From a virus, in IMG/VR virus record IMGVR_UViG_3300044811_000010, positions 1 to 64,000 of that record: a stretch of DNA of 64,000 nt; one strand, written 5' to 3'. The notes beneath the pieces are model-generated. The model saw only the letters and a list, made by a program, of their open reading frames with translations. It had not been told where the DNA came from and made no database searches. A program made the translations under genes and the position numbers. Positions 5,815-13,269 of this stretch are shown here, piece after piece. Each line of letters begins with the position of its first letter. Position 1 is the stretch's first letter.

Positions 5815-6885
5815 CTACGACTCCTTTCGATTGAGGTAGTCCACCAGCATCCCCATCAGCGGACGGTGCTCGGGGACAAGGTTGTTGTAGAACTGCTCTC
5901 GGGAGACTGGGTTGCCGAGTTCCTTCCCGTACTTCACGTCAGGCAGGTCAATCCACTTGACCTCTTCGATGTCGTCGCCCGGCGTGGGGCGGCCGTGGGT
6001 GTACTGCGCCGTGAACAGCATCGTCTTGATGCAGTCCGGCTCGTTGCGGTAGCGCCAGTCATCGACTCGAAGCGACCCGACGTAGCGCACATCCTCGACG
6101 TTCAGGCTCGTCTCTTCCTGAACCTCACGCTTGGCGTCGGCCTCGAAGCTGTCGGAGCGCGGGTCGGAGAAACCGCCAATGAAGCGATAGAGCGTCTCGT
6201 TTGGCTTGCGGCCGAGCAGAAGCTGCAAGGGCTTCTCCGTCGCATAGAAGGCTGCGGCCTCGTCTCGATGCACCGGACACGCAGTCCGTGGCTGGCAGCT
6301 TCGACAGTCGATCCACGACTGCGAAGCCTTGCGCTCGCGCGAGGGAACGTCCTTGAGAATCGCCACGTCTACCGTCGTGTAGGCGGTCGGGAAGCGGGCC
6401 TGCGACGCCCAGATGACGCCGGCACGGAACTCGGGGCTGGACTTAGCCCGGCTGCGGGCGATGTCCTTGCGCTGCGCGCGGCCGGAGTAGAACGTGGTCT
6501 GCGTCAGCTCCTGCGTCGGGTGGTTGCCCGTGTAGTGGCTGATGAAGGAGTCGCGGCCGCCGTAGAGGACGACGCTCTGGCCGGGAGCGACGAGGTTGGC
6601 GATGTTGTCGTCAAGAACGTGCGACCACGCGCGGTCGTTGTTCAAGTCCTTGACGTACAGGACGTTGGCCTCGGGGAACTCCGCGAGGATCATCTGCTTG
6701 CGCGCCTCGAAGTCGAGCGGATTGTTCGTGGAGACGGAAAGCGGCGAAAGGCCGAGGAAGATGATGACCTTGTCGTGCCGGTCGCAGACGTACTTGATCA
6801 GCTCCCTATGAGCGTTGTGCAGCTCATGGACCTGGAATCGCCCTACCAGTACCCCTACGTCGTACTGCTTCTCTGTTGGCTGCAT
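5815..6885 (-). CDS. nadM: bifunctional NMN adenylyltransferase / Nudix ADP-ribose pyrophosphatase
   Basis: GRFQVHELHNAH (HxGH-like), NPL, Nudix box GG..REVQEET; SD GAAGGAGG before ATG 6885. Confidence 0.9.
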   Translation of the reverse strand: MQPTEKQYDVGVLVGRFQVHELHNAHRELIKYVCDRHDKVIIFLGLSPLSVSTNNPLDFEARKQMILAEFPEANVLYVKDLNNDRAWSHVLDDNIANLVAPGQSVVLYGGRDSFISHYTGNHPTQELTQTTFYSGRAQRKDIARSRAKSSPEFRAGVIWASQARFPTAYTTVDVAILKDVPSRERKASQSWIDCRSCQPRTACPVHRDEAAAFYATEKPLQLLLGRKPNETLYRFIGGFSDPRSDSFEADAKREVQEETSLNVEDVRYVGSLRVDDWRYRNEPDCIKTMLFTAQYTHGRPTPGDDIEEVKWIDLPDVKYGKELGNPVSREQFYNNLVPEHRPLMGMLVDYLNRKES

Positions 6886-6986
6886 CAGGCGCAAACCTCC
6901 TTCTATGTCCGGGCCGCGCATCGGTGCGACGGCTCTACGAGAACCGTACCACAGGGCGGCGACGAGCGCAAGGGTAGAGTGGGAGG

Positions 6987-7391
6987 GTGGCTTTTCTCCG
7001 AGTAGTCAGAAAGAACTGGGTAGTGATTCTACTTCTGTTCGCCATCGTCTCGTCCTTCTTGGCGTCGATGCAGCAGACGCGCGCCGACACGGCTCAAGTT
7101 CGATCCAAGGCAATCGCCCTCTGCACCATCGACAACCAACGCGCCGTGCTGGTCATCACCTTCAAGTTCTCGGTGGCGAGGGCGGCGGACAAGCGCGGCG
7201 AGCACGCGGCGGCTGCTCACTTCCGGGCTCTTGGAGATAGTGGGCTGGCGTTGATCCCACTTGCCCCGGAAGATCAAGCCGAGCGAGCCCACCTAGCCGA
7301 TGTCATTCCGCAGGGAGGGCACTTCGTGCTGCCGCAGAAGGCGAAGGACGCGATCCGCGCGGGATGCGTGGATTCCTACCGCGCCAACTAG
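6987..7391 (+). CDS. membrane-anchored hypothetical protein
   Basis: N-terminal hydrophobic helix; TAGAGT-N6-GTG. Confidence 0.6.
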   Translation: MAFLRVVRKNWVVILLLFAIVSSFLASMQQTRADTAQVRSKAIALCTIDNQRAVLVITFKFSVARAADKRGEHAAAAHFRALGDSGLALIPLAPEDQAERAHLADVIPQGGHFVLPQKAKDAIRAGCVDSYRAN

Positions 7392-7421
7392 GTCAGAGAA
7401 GCGTGCTATAGTCCCTGACGC

Positions 7422-7499
7422 GCTGCCGCGCATAGGCGAGCAAGGCCGGCTGTAACCCGGCGTCCTCTGGACTTGCAGGTTCGACTCCTGACGGCAGCA
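7422..7499 (+). tRNA. tRNA-Tyr(GTA)
   Basis: loop CT-GTA-AC, long variable arm, reduced D-stem. Confidence 0.88.
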
Positions 7500-7503
7500 C
7501 TTC

Positions 7504-7587
7504 GGAAGGCTCCGCTTGGTGGCAGGCAACTCGGTTCGAACCCGAGGGCGGCGTTTCTCGTTGGGGGTTCGACTCCTCAGCCTTCCG
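7504..7587 (+). tRNA. tRNA-Ser(CGA), 8/4 fold
   Basis: 8-bp acceptor GGAAGGCT/AGCCTTCC, 4-bp T-stem, loop TT-CGA-AC, G73. Confidence 0.85.
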
Positions 7588-7591
7588 CTTC

Positions 7592-7663
7592 GTCGTAGTG
7601 CTGGGAGTGGCGACCAGCCGGGCTGCAACCCCGAGAACGTCGGTTCGAATCCGACCTACGACT
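7592..7663 (+). tRNA. tRNA-Cys(GCA)
   Basis: loop CT-GCA-AC, U73. Confidence 0.92.
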
Positions 7664-7666
7664 TAC

Positions 7667-7753
7667 GGAGAGGACCCGGCTGGATCAGGAGCTTGCCCGC
7701 TAAGCAAGTAGCGCGTCCTAGATGTGTTCGGGGTTCGAGTCCCCGTCTCTCCG
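7667..7753 (+). tRNA. tRNA-Ser(GCT)
   Basis: loop CC-GCT-AA, long variable arm, G73. Confidence 0.9.
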
Positions 7754-7758
7754 CTCAC

Positions 7759-7844
7759 GGAGAGGACCCGGCTGGATCAGGAGCATCCCTGGAAAGGATG
7801 TGCGGCGGTCACGCGTCTTCAGGGTTCGAGTCCCTGTCTCTCCG
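7759..7844 (+). tRNA. tRNA-Ser(GGA)
   Basis: loop CT-GGA-AA, long variable arm, G73. Confidence 0.92.
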
Positions 7845-8031
7845 CTTGATCGCTCCAACGGCTGCCCCGAGTAGCGCGACGATCATCACCAGTGCCGCAA
7901 GTGCCGCCACTACGACAGCCGCGTAGATGACGATGAAGGGCAGCAGGATCCCCGCGACGAGCGCGATTCCGGTGCCCAAGCAGCCTCCGTCAGACATCAG
8001 CCGCAGCAGACTCCACTGCAGGCGCCGCAGC

Positions 8032-9564
8032 TCACGCGAGCGCCTCGGCCCGCGTGAGCTGCCACTCCCGCGACATCGTCTGCTCGGTGGGCTGGCAGAC
8101 GACATCGTCCAGCACGGCGTTGAGGATCTCGCCGATCTTGCGGCCGTCCGCGCCGATGGCGCGCACGTCATGGCCGTTGATCTTCAGGTCCCTCGGAGAC
8201 GTGGGGACGTTGTCCTTCTCCGCCTCACGGCGCAGCAGTTCCATCCGGCTGATCTGCTCGATGTGACCCTTGTTGGGCTTGCCCTTGCCAGTCAGGTCGC
8301 ACATGCGGTGCAGGAACAGGTCGGCCAGCAGCTCGTCCCCGAACTGCACACGCATCCGGCGGACCTTCGAGCCCTTGAGCTTGCCGTCGACGGTGACCAT
8401 GTGATTGCGAATGAGCAGGCGCACGTCCTCGCGCAGACCGTTGCCTGCGTTCAGGCGCCGAGCGGTCTTGTTCCAGATGCGGGCGCCCGCAACCTCGTGG
8501 TCCTCCGTGGCGACCATCATCGGCGCGCCGCTAGCGACAGAGCGGGACGCGGTCCCGTCCTGAGCGTAGTAGTGCTTGCGTCCGTCCTTCCCAATCCACG
8601 CCGTCTCAGGCTTGCCCGCGTCGTGGAACAGCAGGGCCATGCGGACGCGCAGCGGCGCGTCGACGTGCGTAGCCGTCGTCAGAGCAGCGAACGTGTGCTC
8701 GTCGGTGGTCAGGTCGTGGTAGCGCGAGCCCTGATCGAAGCCGATCATCGGAGCCAGCTCAGGCAGCAGTGTGGCGAGAACGCCAGTGTCGAGCGCCAGC
8801 CTCAGCGCCTTGACCGGCTCGTCGCCCATCAGCAGCTTGCACAGCTCTTCCAGCACGGTTCCGGACGCGTAGCCATTGGCGCTCAGGCCGTTTACAGCGT
8901 CAGCGTGCTCACGCATCTGGTCGAGCGTGTTGCTCGACAGGTCGTAGCCAAGCGTCGAAACGAAGCGCAGAGCACGCAGCGTGCGCAGCGGGTCGTCGCG
9001 GAACGAATCCGGGTGAGTGGTGCGGATGATCTTATGGCTCAGGTCGTACAGGCCGCAGTTCGTCGGGTCCACGACGTTCTCGACCAGTGCCCCGCCCGAC
9101 ATGGTGGTCAACGAAGACATGCCGGCAGTCGGATCCACGATCTTGTAGAGAGCGTTGAACGTGAAGTCACGGCGCACGGCGTCTTCGTCCAGCCGCAGGT
9201 TCGGGTCAACCACGATGTCAAACGCGCGATGCACGTTCTCGCCGGGGGCGGGCGCGCGAGGGCGCTCCGTGCGCGGCAGGACGACTTCGATCAGACCCAT
9301 GCCGCGCGCGGCGACCCGCCATCCGGCCTGCCGACCATCGCGCAGCACCAGCGGGGAAACGACGTTGGACTTGTTCGCGGGGTCGTACCGAATCGCGGCG
9401 TCCTTGAGCGCAATGCCCAGCTTCGCCAGTCCGACGCCTCGGATCATGTAGTCAGCGTCCTTGACCTTGCGGCCGATCAGTTCGTCTCGAACGGAGCCGC
9501 CGACGCGGTAGGCTTCGAAGCCCAGGCCGGCGATGAAAGTGTCTGTCCGCTCGATGTACGCCAT
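8032..9564 (-). CDS. cca: CCA-adding tRNA nucleotidyltransferase with HD domain
   Basis: VGGSVRD, DAD, RRDFTFNAL, FRDDPLRTLRALRF and LLFHDAGK motifs; leaderless TACGTT-N6-ATG at 9564. Confidence 0.93.
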   Translation of the reverse strand: MAYIERTDTFIAGLGFEAYRVGGSVRDELIGRKVKDADYMIRGVGLAKLGIALKDAAIRYDPANKSNVVSPLVLRDGRQAGWRVAARGMGLIEVVLPRTERPRAPAPGENVHRAFDIVVDPNLRLDEDAVRRDFTFNALYKIVDPTAGMSSLTTMSGGALVENVVDPTNCGLYDLSHKIIRTTHPDSFRDDPLRTLRALRFVSTLGYDLSSNTLDQMREHADAVNGLSANGYASGTVLEELCKLLMGDEPVKALRLALDTGVLATLLPELAPMIGFDQGSRYHDLTTDEHTFAALTTATHVDAPLRVRMALLFHDAGKPETAWIGKDGRKHYYAQDGTASRSVASGAPMMVATEDHEVAGARIWNKTARRLNAGNGLREDVRLLIRNHMVTVDGKLKGSKVRRMRVQFGDELLADLFLHRMCDLTGKGKPNKGHIEQISRMELLRREAEKDNVPTSPRDLKINGHDVRAIGADGRKIGEILNAVLDDVVCQPTEQTMSREWQLTRAEALA

Positions 9565-9603
9565 GGGAGAAACGTACCACATTGGGCTTCCGGGCGCAAG
9601 TTC

Positions 9604-9632
9604 TTGCACATGTCACGAAGATGTGCTAGAGT
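9604..9632 (+). promoter_or_regulatory. promoter of tRNA cluster 3 (divergent from cca)
   Basis: TTGCAC-N17-TAGAGT with TG extension. Confidence 0.75.
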
Positions 9633-9685
9633 CCCATCTCTGGTCAGCGCTCCGTCGGCGACGGCGGGTAGCGGGGCCAGGACAC

Positions 9686-9757
9686 TGAGGAGTAGTGTAA
9701 TGGCAGCACCGGAGTCCTTGAAACTTCGTAGTGCGGGTTCGAGTCCCGCCTCCTCAT
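9686..9757 (+). tRNA. tRNA-Gln(TTG)
   Basis: cloverleaf, loop CC-TTG-AA. Confidence 0.9.
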
Positions 9758-9761
9758 TCAC

Positions 9762-9833
9762 TGCGGAATGGTGTAACGGCAGCATGGCGGGTTCTGAGCC
9801 CGTTCGATCTAGGTTCGAATCCTAGTTCCGCAG
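9762..9833 (+). tRNA. tRNA-Gln(CTG)
   Basis: cloverleaf, loop TT-CTG-AG. Confidence 0.93.
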
Positions 9834-9838
9834 CTCAC

Positions 9839-9909
9839 TGGCGTGTAGCTCAAGGGCAGAGCCTCCGGTTGTTACCCGGCGGATGAGGGTTCGAATCCTT
9901 CCATGCCAG
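9839..9909 (+). tRNA. tRNA-Asn(GTT)
   Basis: cloverleaf, loop TT-GTT-AC, G73. Confidence 0.93.
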
Positions 9910-9914
9910 CTCAT

Positions 9915-9988
9915 CAGCGTGTGGCGCAGTCTGGTAGCGCTCTTTTCTGGGGAAAATGAGGTCGCAGGTTCAAATCCTGCCACGCTGA
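9915..9988 (+). tRNA. tRNA-Pro(GGG)
   Basis: cloverleaf, C1-G72, loop CT-GGG-GA. Confidence 0.88.
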
Positions 9989-9994
9989 CTTCTC

Positions 9995-10067
9995 GCAGCC
10001 ATGGTCTAGTGGTCATGATGCCGGCCTTTCAAGCCGGACGACGAGGGTTCGAATCCCTCTGGCTGTA
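9995..10067 (+). tRNA. tRNA-Glu(TTC)
   Basis: cloverleaf, loop CT-TTC-AA. Confidence 0.93.
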
Positions 10068-10071
10068 CTAC

Positions 10072-10144
10072 GGCGCGTTGGGGTAACGGTTAGCCTCTCA
10101 GCTTCTCAAGCTGCTGGATACGAGTTCGAATCTCGTACGCGCTA
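10072..10144 (+). tRNA. tRNA-Glu(CTC)
   Basis: cloverleaf, loop TT-CTC-AA. Confidence 0.92.
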
Positions 10145-10149
10145 CTCAT

Positions 10150-10221
10150 CGGGATCAAGTGTTTATGGCTGCACCGGCCCCTCGGACGGGTCAAGACGGA
10201 GTTCGAATCTCCGGTTCCCGA
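10150..10221 (+). tRNA. tRNA-Pro(CGG)
   Basis: cloverleaf, loop CT-CGG-AC. Confidence 0.88.
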
Positions 10222-10225
10222 CTTC

Positions 10226-10308
10226 GCTCCCGTGGTGGAATGGTAGACGCGCTAGGTCGAGAGCCTAGTGCCCTAACGGGCGTGCAGGTTCAAGTCCTGC
10301 CGGGAGCA
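10226..10308 (+). tRNA. tRNA-Leu(GAG)
   Basis: long variable arm, loop TC-GAG-AG. Confidence 0.92.
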
Positions 10309-10314
10309 CTGCAT

Positions 10315-10399
10315 ACCAGCGTGGTGAAATTTGGTAGACGCAGCAGGTTCAGAACCTGCCGGCCGCAAGGTCTTGAGGGTTCAAGTCCCTCCGCTGGTA
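10315..10399 (+). tRNA. tRNA-Leu(CAG)
   Basis: long variable arm, loop TT-CAG-AA. Confidence 0.93.
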
Positions 10400-10403
10400 C
10401 TAC

Positions 10404-10488
10404 GCAAGAGTGGCGAAATGGGTAAACGCTCCGGGCTCAAACCCCGGCGAGGTCATTCCTCTTGAGGGTTCGATTCCCTCCTCTTGTA
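10404..10488 (+). tRNA. tRNA-Leu(CAA)
   Basis: long variable arm, loop CT-CAA-AC. Confidence 0.93.
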
Positions 10489-10492
10489 CTAC

Positions 10493-10566
10493 GTCTCCTT
10501 AGCTCAGCAGGATAGAGCGCTGGTCCGCGAAGCCAGAGGCCGCAGGTTCGAATCCTGCAGGGGACG
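10493..10566 (+). tRNA. tRNA-Arg(GCG)
   Basis: cloverleaf, A20, loop CC-GCG-AA. Confidence 0.9.
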
Positions 10567-10570
10567 CTCC

Positions 10571-10644
10571 GGTGATGTAACTCAGTCGGATAGAGTGGCG
10601 GCTTGTCAAGCCGTTGGTCGCGGGTTCGAGTCCCGTCATCACCG
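10571..10644 (+). tRNA. tRNA-Asp(GTC)
   Basis: cloverleaf, loop TT-GTC-AA, G73. Confidence 0.95.
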
Positions 10645-10648
10645 CTTC

Positions 10649-10721
10649 GCCTCCGTAACTCAGCGGACAGAGTGCTTGGCCTCGAACCAAGTGGTCGCGG
10701 GTTCAAATCCTGCCGGGGGCG
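10649..10721 (+). tRNA. tRNA-Arg(TCG)
   Basis: cloverleaf, A20, loop CC-TCG-AA. Confidence 0.9.
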
Positions 10722-10727
10722 CTACAC

Positions 10728-10802
10728 GGTGAATGTAGACTAATCGGTCAAGTCCCTTGGTTGTGAACCAAGCCGATGCGGGTTCGAGTCCCGTCGTTCA
10801 CC
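10728..10802 (+). tRNA. tRNA-His(GTG)
   Basis: G-1:C73 pair, loop TT-GTG-AA. Confidence 0.93.
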
Positions 10803-10807
10803 CTCTC

Positions 10808-10876
10808 GGGTCATAGGTCATGGCGACCAAGCAGGTTCCAACCCTGCAGGACAGCGTTCGATTCGTTGATGACCCG
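10808..10876 (+). tRNA. tRNA-Trp(CCA), compact D-arm
   Basis: loop TT-CCA-AC, G73, 69 nt. Confidence 0.87.
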
Positions 10877-10880
10877 CTTC

Positions 10881-10947
10881 GGCTCTCTGAAGGTACGACA
10901 CGGTCCCTCATAAGGACGGTGGACAGGTTCGAGTCCTGTGGGAGCTA
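10881..10947 (+). tRNA. tRNA-Met/Ile2(CAT), essentially D-armless
   Basis: GGCTCTC/GGGAGCT+A, loop CT-CAT-AA, intact T-arm, no D-stem; 67 nt. Confidence 0.78.
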
Positions 10948-10951
10948 CTTC

Positions 10952-11020
10952 GCCCTTGAAGTTGGATACGCGACGGCCCTCCTAAGGCTTGCGCAGCGAG
11001 TTCGATTCTCGCCGGGGGCT
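10952..11020 (+). tRNA. tRNA-Arg(CCT), reduced D-arm
   Basis: loop CT-CCT-AA, intact T-arm; 69 nt. Confidence 0.8.
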
Positions 11021-11021
11021 T

Positions 11022-11092
11022 CGCAGATAGGTGGTCTGGTGACCATTCGGGCCTCATAAGCCTGAGAGCAGGGTTCGACTCCCGGTCTGCTA
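11022..11092 (+). tRNA. tRNA-fMet-like (CAT)
   Basis: C1:U72 mismatch, A73, loop CT-CAT-AA, G-rich anticodon stem. Confidence 0.78.
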
Positions 11093-11146
11093 CTTGTGGT
11101 ACGATTCACCCTCGGCTGGCGGCTCGGGGGAGACGGTCGAATCCTT

Positions 11147-11184
11147 GAGGCCCGGACGGCTGCGAAAGCGGCTCTCCGGGCCTC
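11147..11184. terminator. hairpin terminator
   Basis: GAGGCCCGGA..GCTGC-GAAA-GCGGC..TCCGGGCCTC between convergent units. Confidence 0.6.
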
Positions 11185-11193
11185 TTGTTCGTT

Positions 11194-11931
11194 CTACGCT
11201 ACGTTGATCTGCCGGAATGGGTCGTCGTACAGATCGTAAAGCTGGTCCACAGCAGCGACGTTGTAGACCTGGTGGCCCGAGAGCGGGAGCCCATGCAGGC
11301 CGCGCGCCTCGTGGATGTGACCGCAGACGACGGCTGCAGGGTTCGCTCGTACGATGGCGTCGTTCAACGTAGGGTCGCCGACGTTCATTCCGCCCCAGTT
11401 CCCGTACTTGTTGCGCTGCTTCTCGCTCGTAGGGATGTAGTCCCCCGCGCGATGAGGCGGCCCATGCGTCACGAGGATGTCGATTCCGGTCGGGATTCTG
11501 TCGGCGCGAGCCTGCAACGCCTCCTCCCGTCCGTAGAAGGCCCAGTAAGGCAAACCGGGCACCCACGGCGTCCCCCACACTCGCAGGCCCGCAGCGCGCG
11601 TCTCAGAGTCCTGCAGCAGTGTCCAGGGAAGATCGGGCACCAAGAACGCGTGCTCACCGACGAAGTCGTGATTGCCCCAGATAGCCACGACTTCCGTGCC
11701 ACGCTTACGGACTGCGAGAAGCCACTCGCGGAACTCAGTGTCGAGCCATCGGCCCTGCTGAAGACCGCCCTTGTCGATGCCTCCGCGTCCGAGGGCGCGT
11801 TGATCGGCGCCGCGCAGTGCGAAAGGCCGGAAGTCGGGGCAGATGTCGCCGCCGAGGATCAGCAGATCGCACTCCGGGGCTTCGGGGAGGTTACCGTGCA
11901 GGTCAGAGACGGCGTATACGACGGGCGCCAT
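11194..11931 (-). CDS. metallophosphoesterase
   Basis: SDLHG, GGD, GNHD, THGPP and CGHIHE motifs. Confidence 0.9.
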   Translation of the reverse strand: MAPVVYAVSDLHGNLPEAPECDLLILGGDICPDFRPFALRGADQRALGRGGIDKGGLQQGRWLDTEFREWLLAVRKRGTEVVAIWGNHDFVGEHAFLVPDLPWTLLQDSETRAAGLRVWGTPWVPGLPYWAFYGREEALQARADRIPTGIDILVTHGPPHRAGDYIPTSEKQRNKYGNWGGMNVGDPTLNDAIVRANPAAVVCGHIHEARGLHGLPLSGHQVYNVAAVDQLYDLYDDPFRQINVA

Positions 11932-11940
11932 GGAGACTCC

Positions 11941-12363
11941 TTATCCTTCGATGATGTCAGGCACGAACTTGGTCATGTCGGCCTCTGAGTAGCTCGGGCC
12001 GCGCAAGACCTTACCGTCGCTACGGTACAGCGGCTTGCCGTCGGTGTCAAGCTTGCTCATGTTGGCCCGGTGGACCTCGGCGAATGCGCCGTCGATGTCA
12101 AGCCCGAACGTCACAGCCGCGCCCTCGATGACGTATCGCAGGTCGGCAAGCTCCAACAGCAGGTTCTGTAGATGAGGCCACTGGACATGTAGCGGAGCAG
12201 CCCGGCGGCCCATAAACATCAGCGCATCAAGCTCGGCCATGACCTCCTCGAACTCCTCACGGATCAGCCGCGCGCGGAGGGCGACGAGGTCCACGTCGGG
12301 GATCGTCGGATGGTCGGCCGCCGGCAGGCGAAACGCGGCGTGGAACCTGCGGACGAGGGTCAT
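11941..12363 (-). CDS. MazG-like all-alpha NTP pyrophosphohydrolase
   Basis: LIREEFEE, ELADLRYV and EVHRANMSK motifs. Confidence 0.85.
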   Translation of the reverse strand: MTLVRRFHAAFRLPAADHPTIPDVDLVALRARLIREEFEEVMAELDALMFMGRRAAPLHVQWPHLQNLLLELADLRYVIEGAAVTFGLDIDGAFAEVHRANMSKLDTDGKPLYRSDGKVLRGPSYSEADMTKFVPDIIEG

Positions 12364-12686
12364 ACCTGCAGCGACCCTAGCGACGCGTCGGCGCTACGCA
12401 TCTTGAACAGCTTACGTCGCTCGCGTTGAAGGGATGTGCTCGCTTCACGGATCTTCTTCCGGTTGCGCTCGGCGGTGTCAGTCGCCGGGCCGTAGGGGAA
12501 TCGCCCGATCTCGGATCGCAGGGGAGCCATGGCGGCCTTGATCCGCGTCAACGCCAGCTCGATGTCCTCGTTGCGCTGCGTGGAGGACTTCTTCGACCGG
12601 CGTCGATGGATCCGGCGGACCTGCTGAGCGTAGGCGACCGCCGCTTCCGCGCGCTCGATGCAATCCTGGGGTAGCTTGTTCGGCAT
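12360..12686 (-). CDS. basic hypothetical protein
   Basis: ORF coupled to both neighbours. Confidence 0.6.
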   Translation of the reverse strand: MPNKLPQDCIERAEAAVAYAQQVRRIHRRRSKKSSTQRNEDIELALTRIKAAMAPLRSEIGRFPYGPATDTAERNRKKIREASTSLQRERRKLFKMRSADASLGSLQV

Positions 12687-13042
12687 CAGACGAGCGTACC
12701 AGTTAGCGCACGCCAGCGCTCGTCCGCCGCTTCAAGGGCTGCGCGGCTGTATGGCGCGTCGCGGTAGAGAGGCGCAACGAAGTCAACATCCTCTAGAGAG
12801 GCAATGAAGCTAACGAGGGCCGCCGACGGAGAAAACCACTCCCCTCGAAGATGGTCAGCTAGGAAGCGATGATGAATGGCCGCCTCTTCTTCCCTGCCGA
12901 CTCCTCGGATAACGCCCCTGACACTCGACGGGTAGGGAAGCACACCCCCGAGCGCCGCAATCCTCTTCTTCAGCGACTGCTCGTCCCTGCTGAAGCCAAT
13001 CTTGATCGGGCCGTCAATGCCCATCTGCAGAAAGTACACCAT
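12686..13042 (-). CDS. GIY-YIG superfamily (T5orf172/MUG113-like) protein
   Basis: VYF..G.IKIGFS, E..IH..F and GEWF motifs; leaderless TACTAT-N6-ATG. Confidence 0.8.
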   Translation of the reverse strand: MVYFLQMGIDGPIKIGFSRDEQSLKKRIAALGGVLPYPSSVRGVIRGVGREEEAAIHHRFLADHLRGEWFSPSAALVSFIASLEDVDFVAPLYRDAPYSRAALEAADERWRALTGTLV

Positions 13043-13269
13043 AGGGGAATAGTACCACAACAGCAGGCGGGCTTAGCCCCATCAAATGCCGCTTGAGATG
13101 CTTGTAAGTGGTACGAATGTCCCAACTTTATGGCCCGTGTTTACTGGGGATTTCGGACGTACGCCCGTCACACACTATAGATAGTGTGTAGGGCTCGCCG
13201 ACAACTCCCTACCGGCAGCTCACGAAATCGGGTCTGTACCACCTGTCGGCTGCCCCGGTAGTCTCCCGG

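Noticed and set aside
9686-11092. CRISPR-like regularly spaced GGTTCGA repeats
   Set aside because: These are tRNA T-loops; no identical repeat-spacer array and no cas genes.
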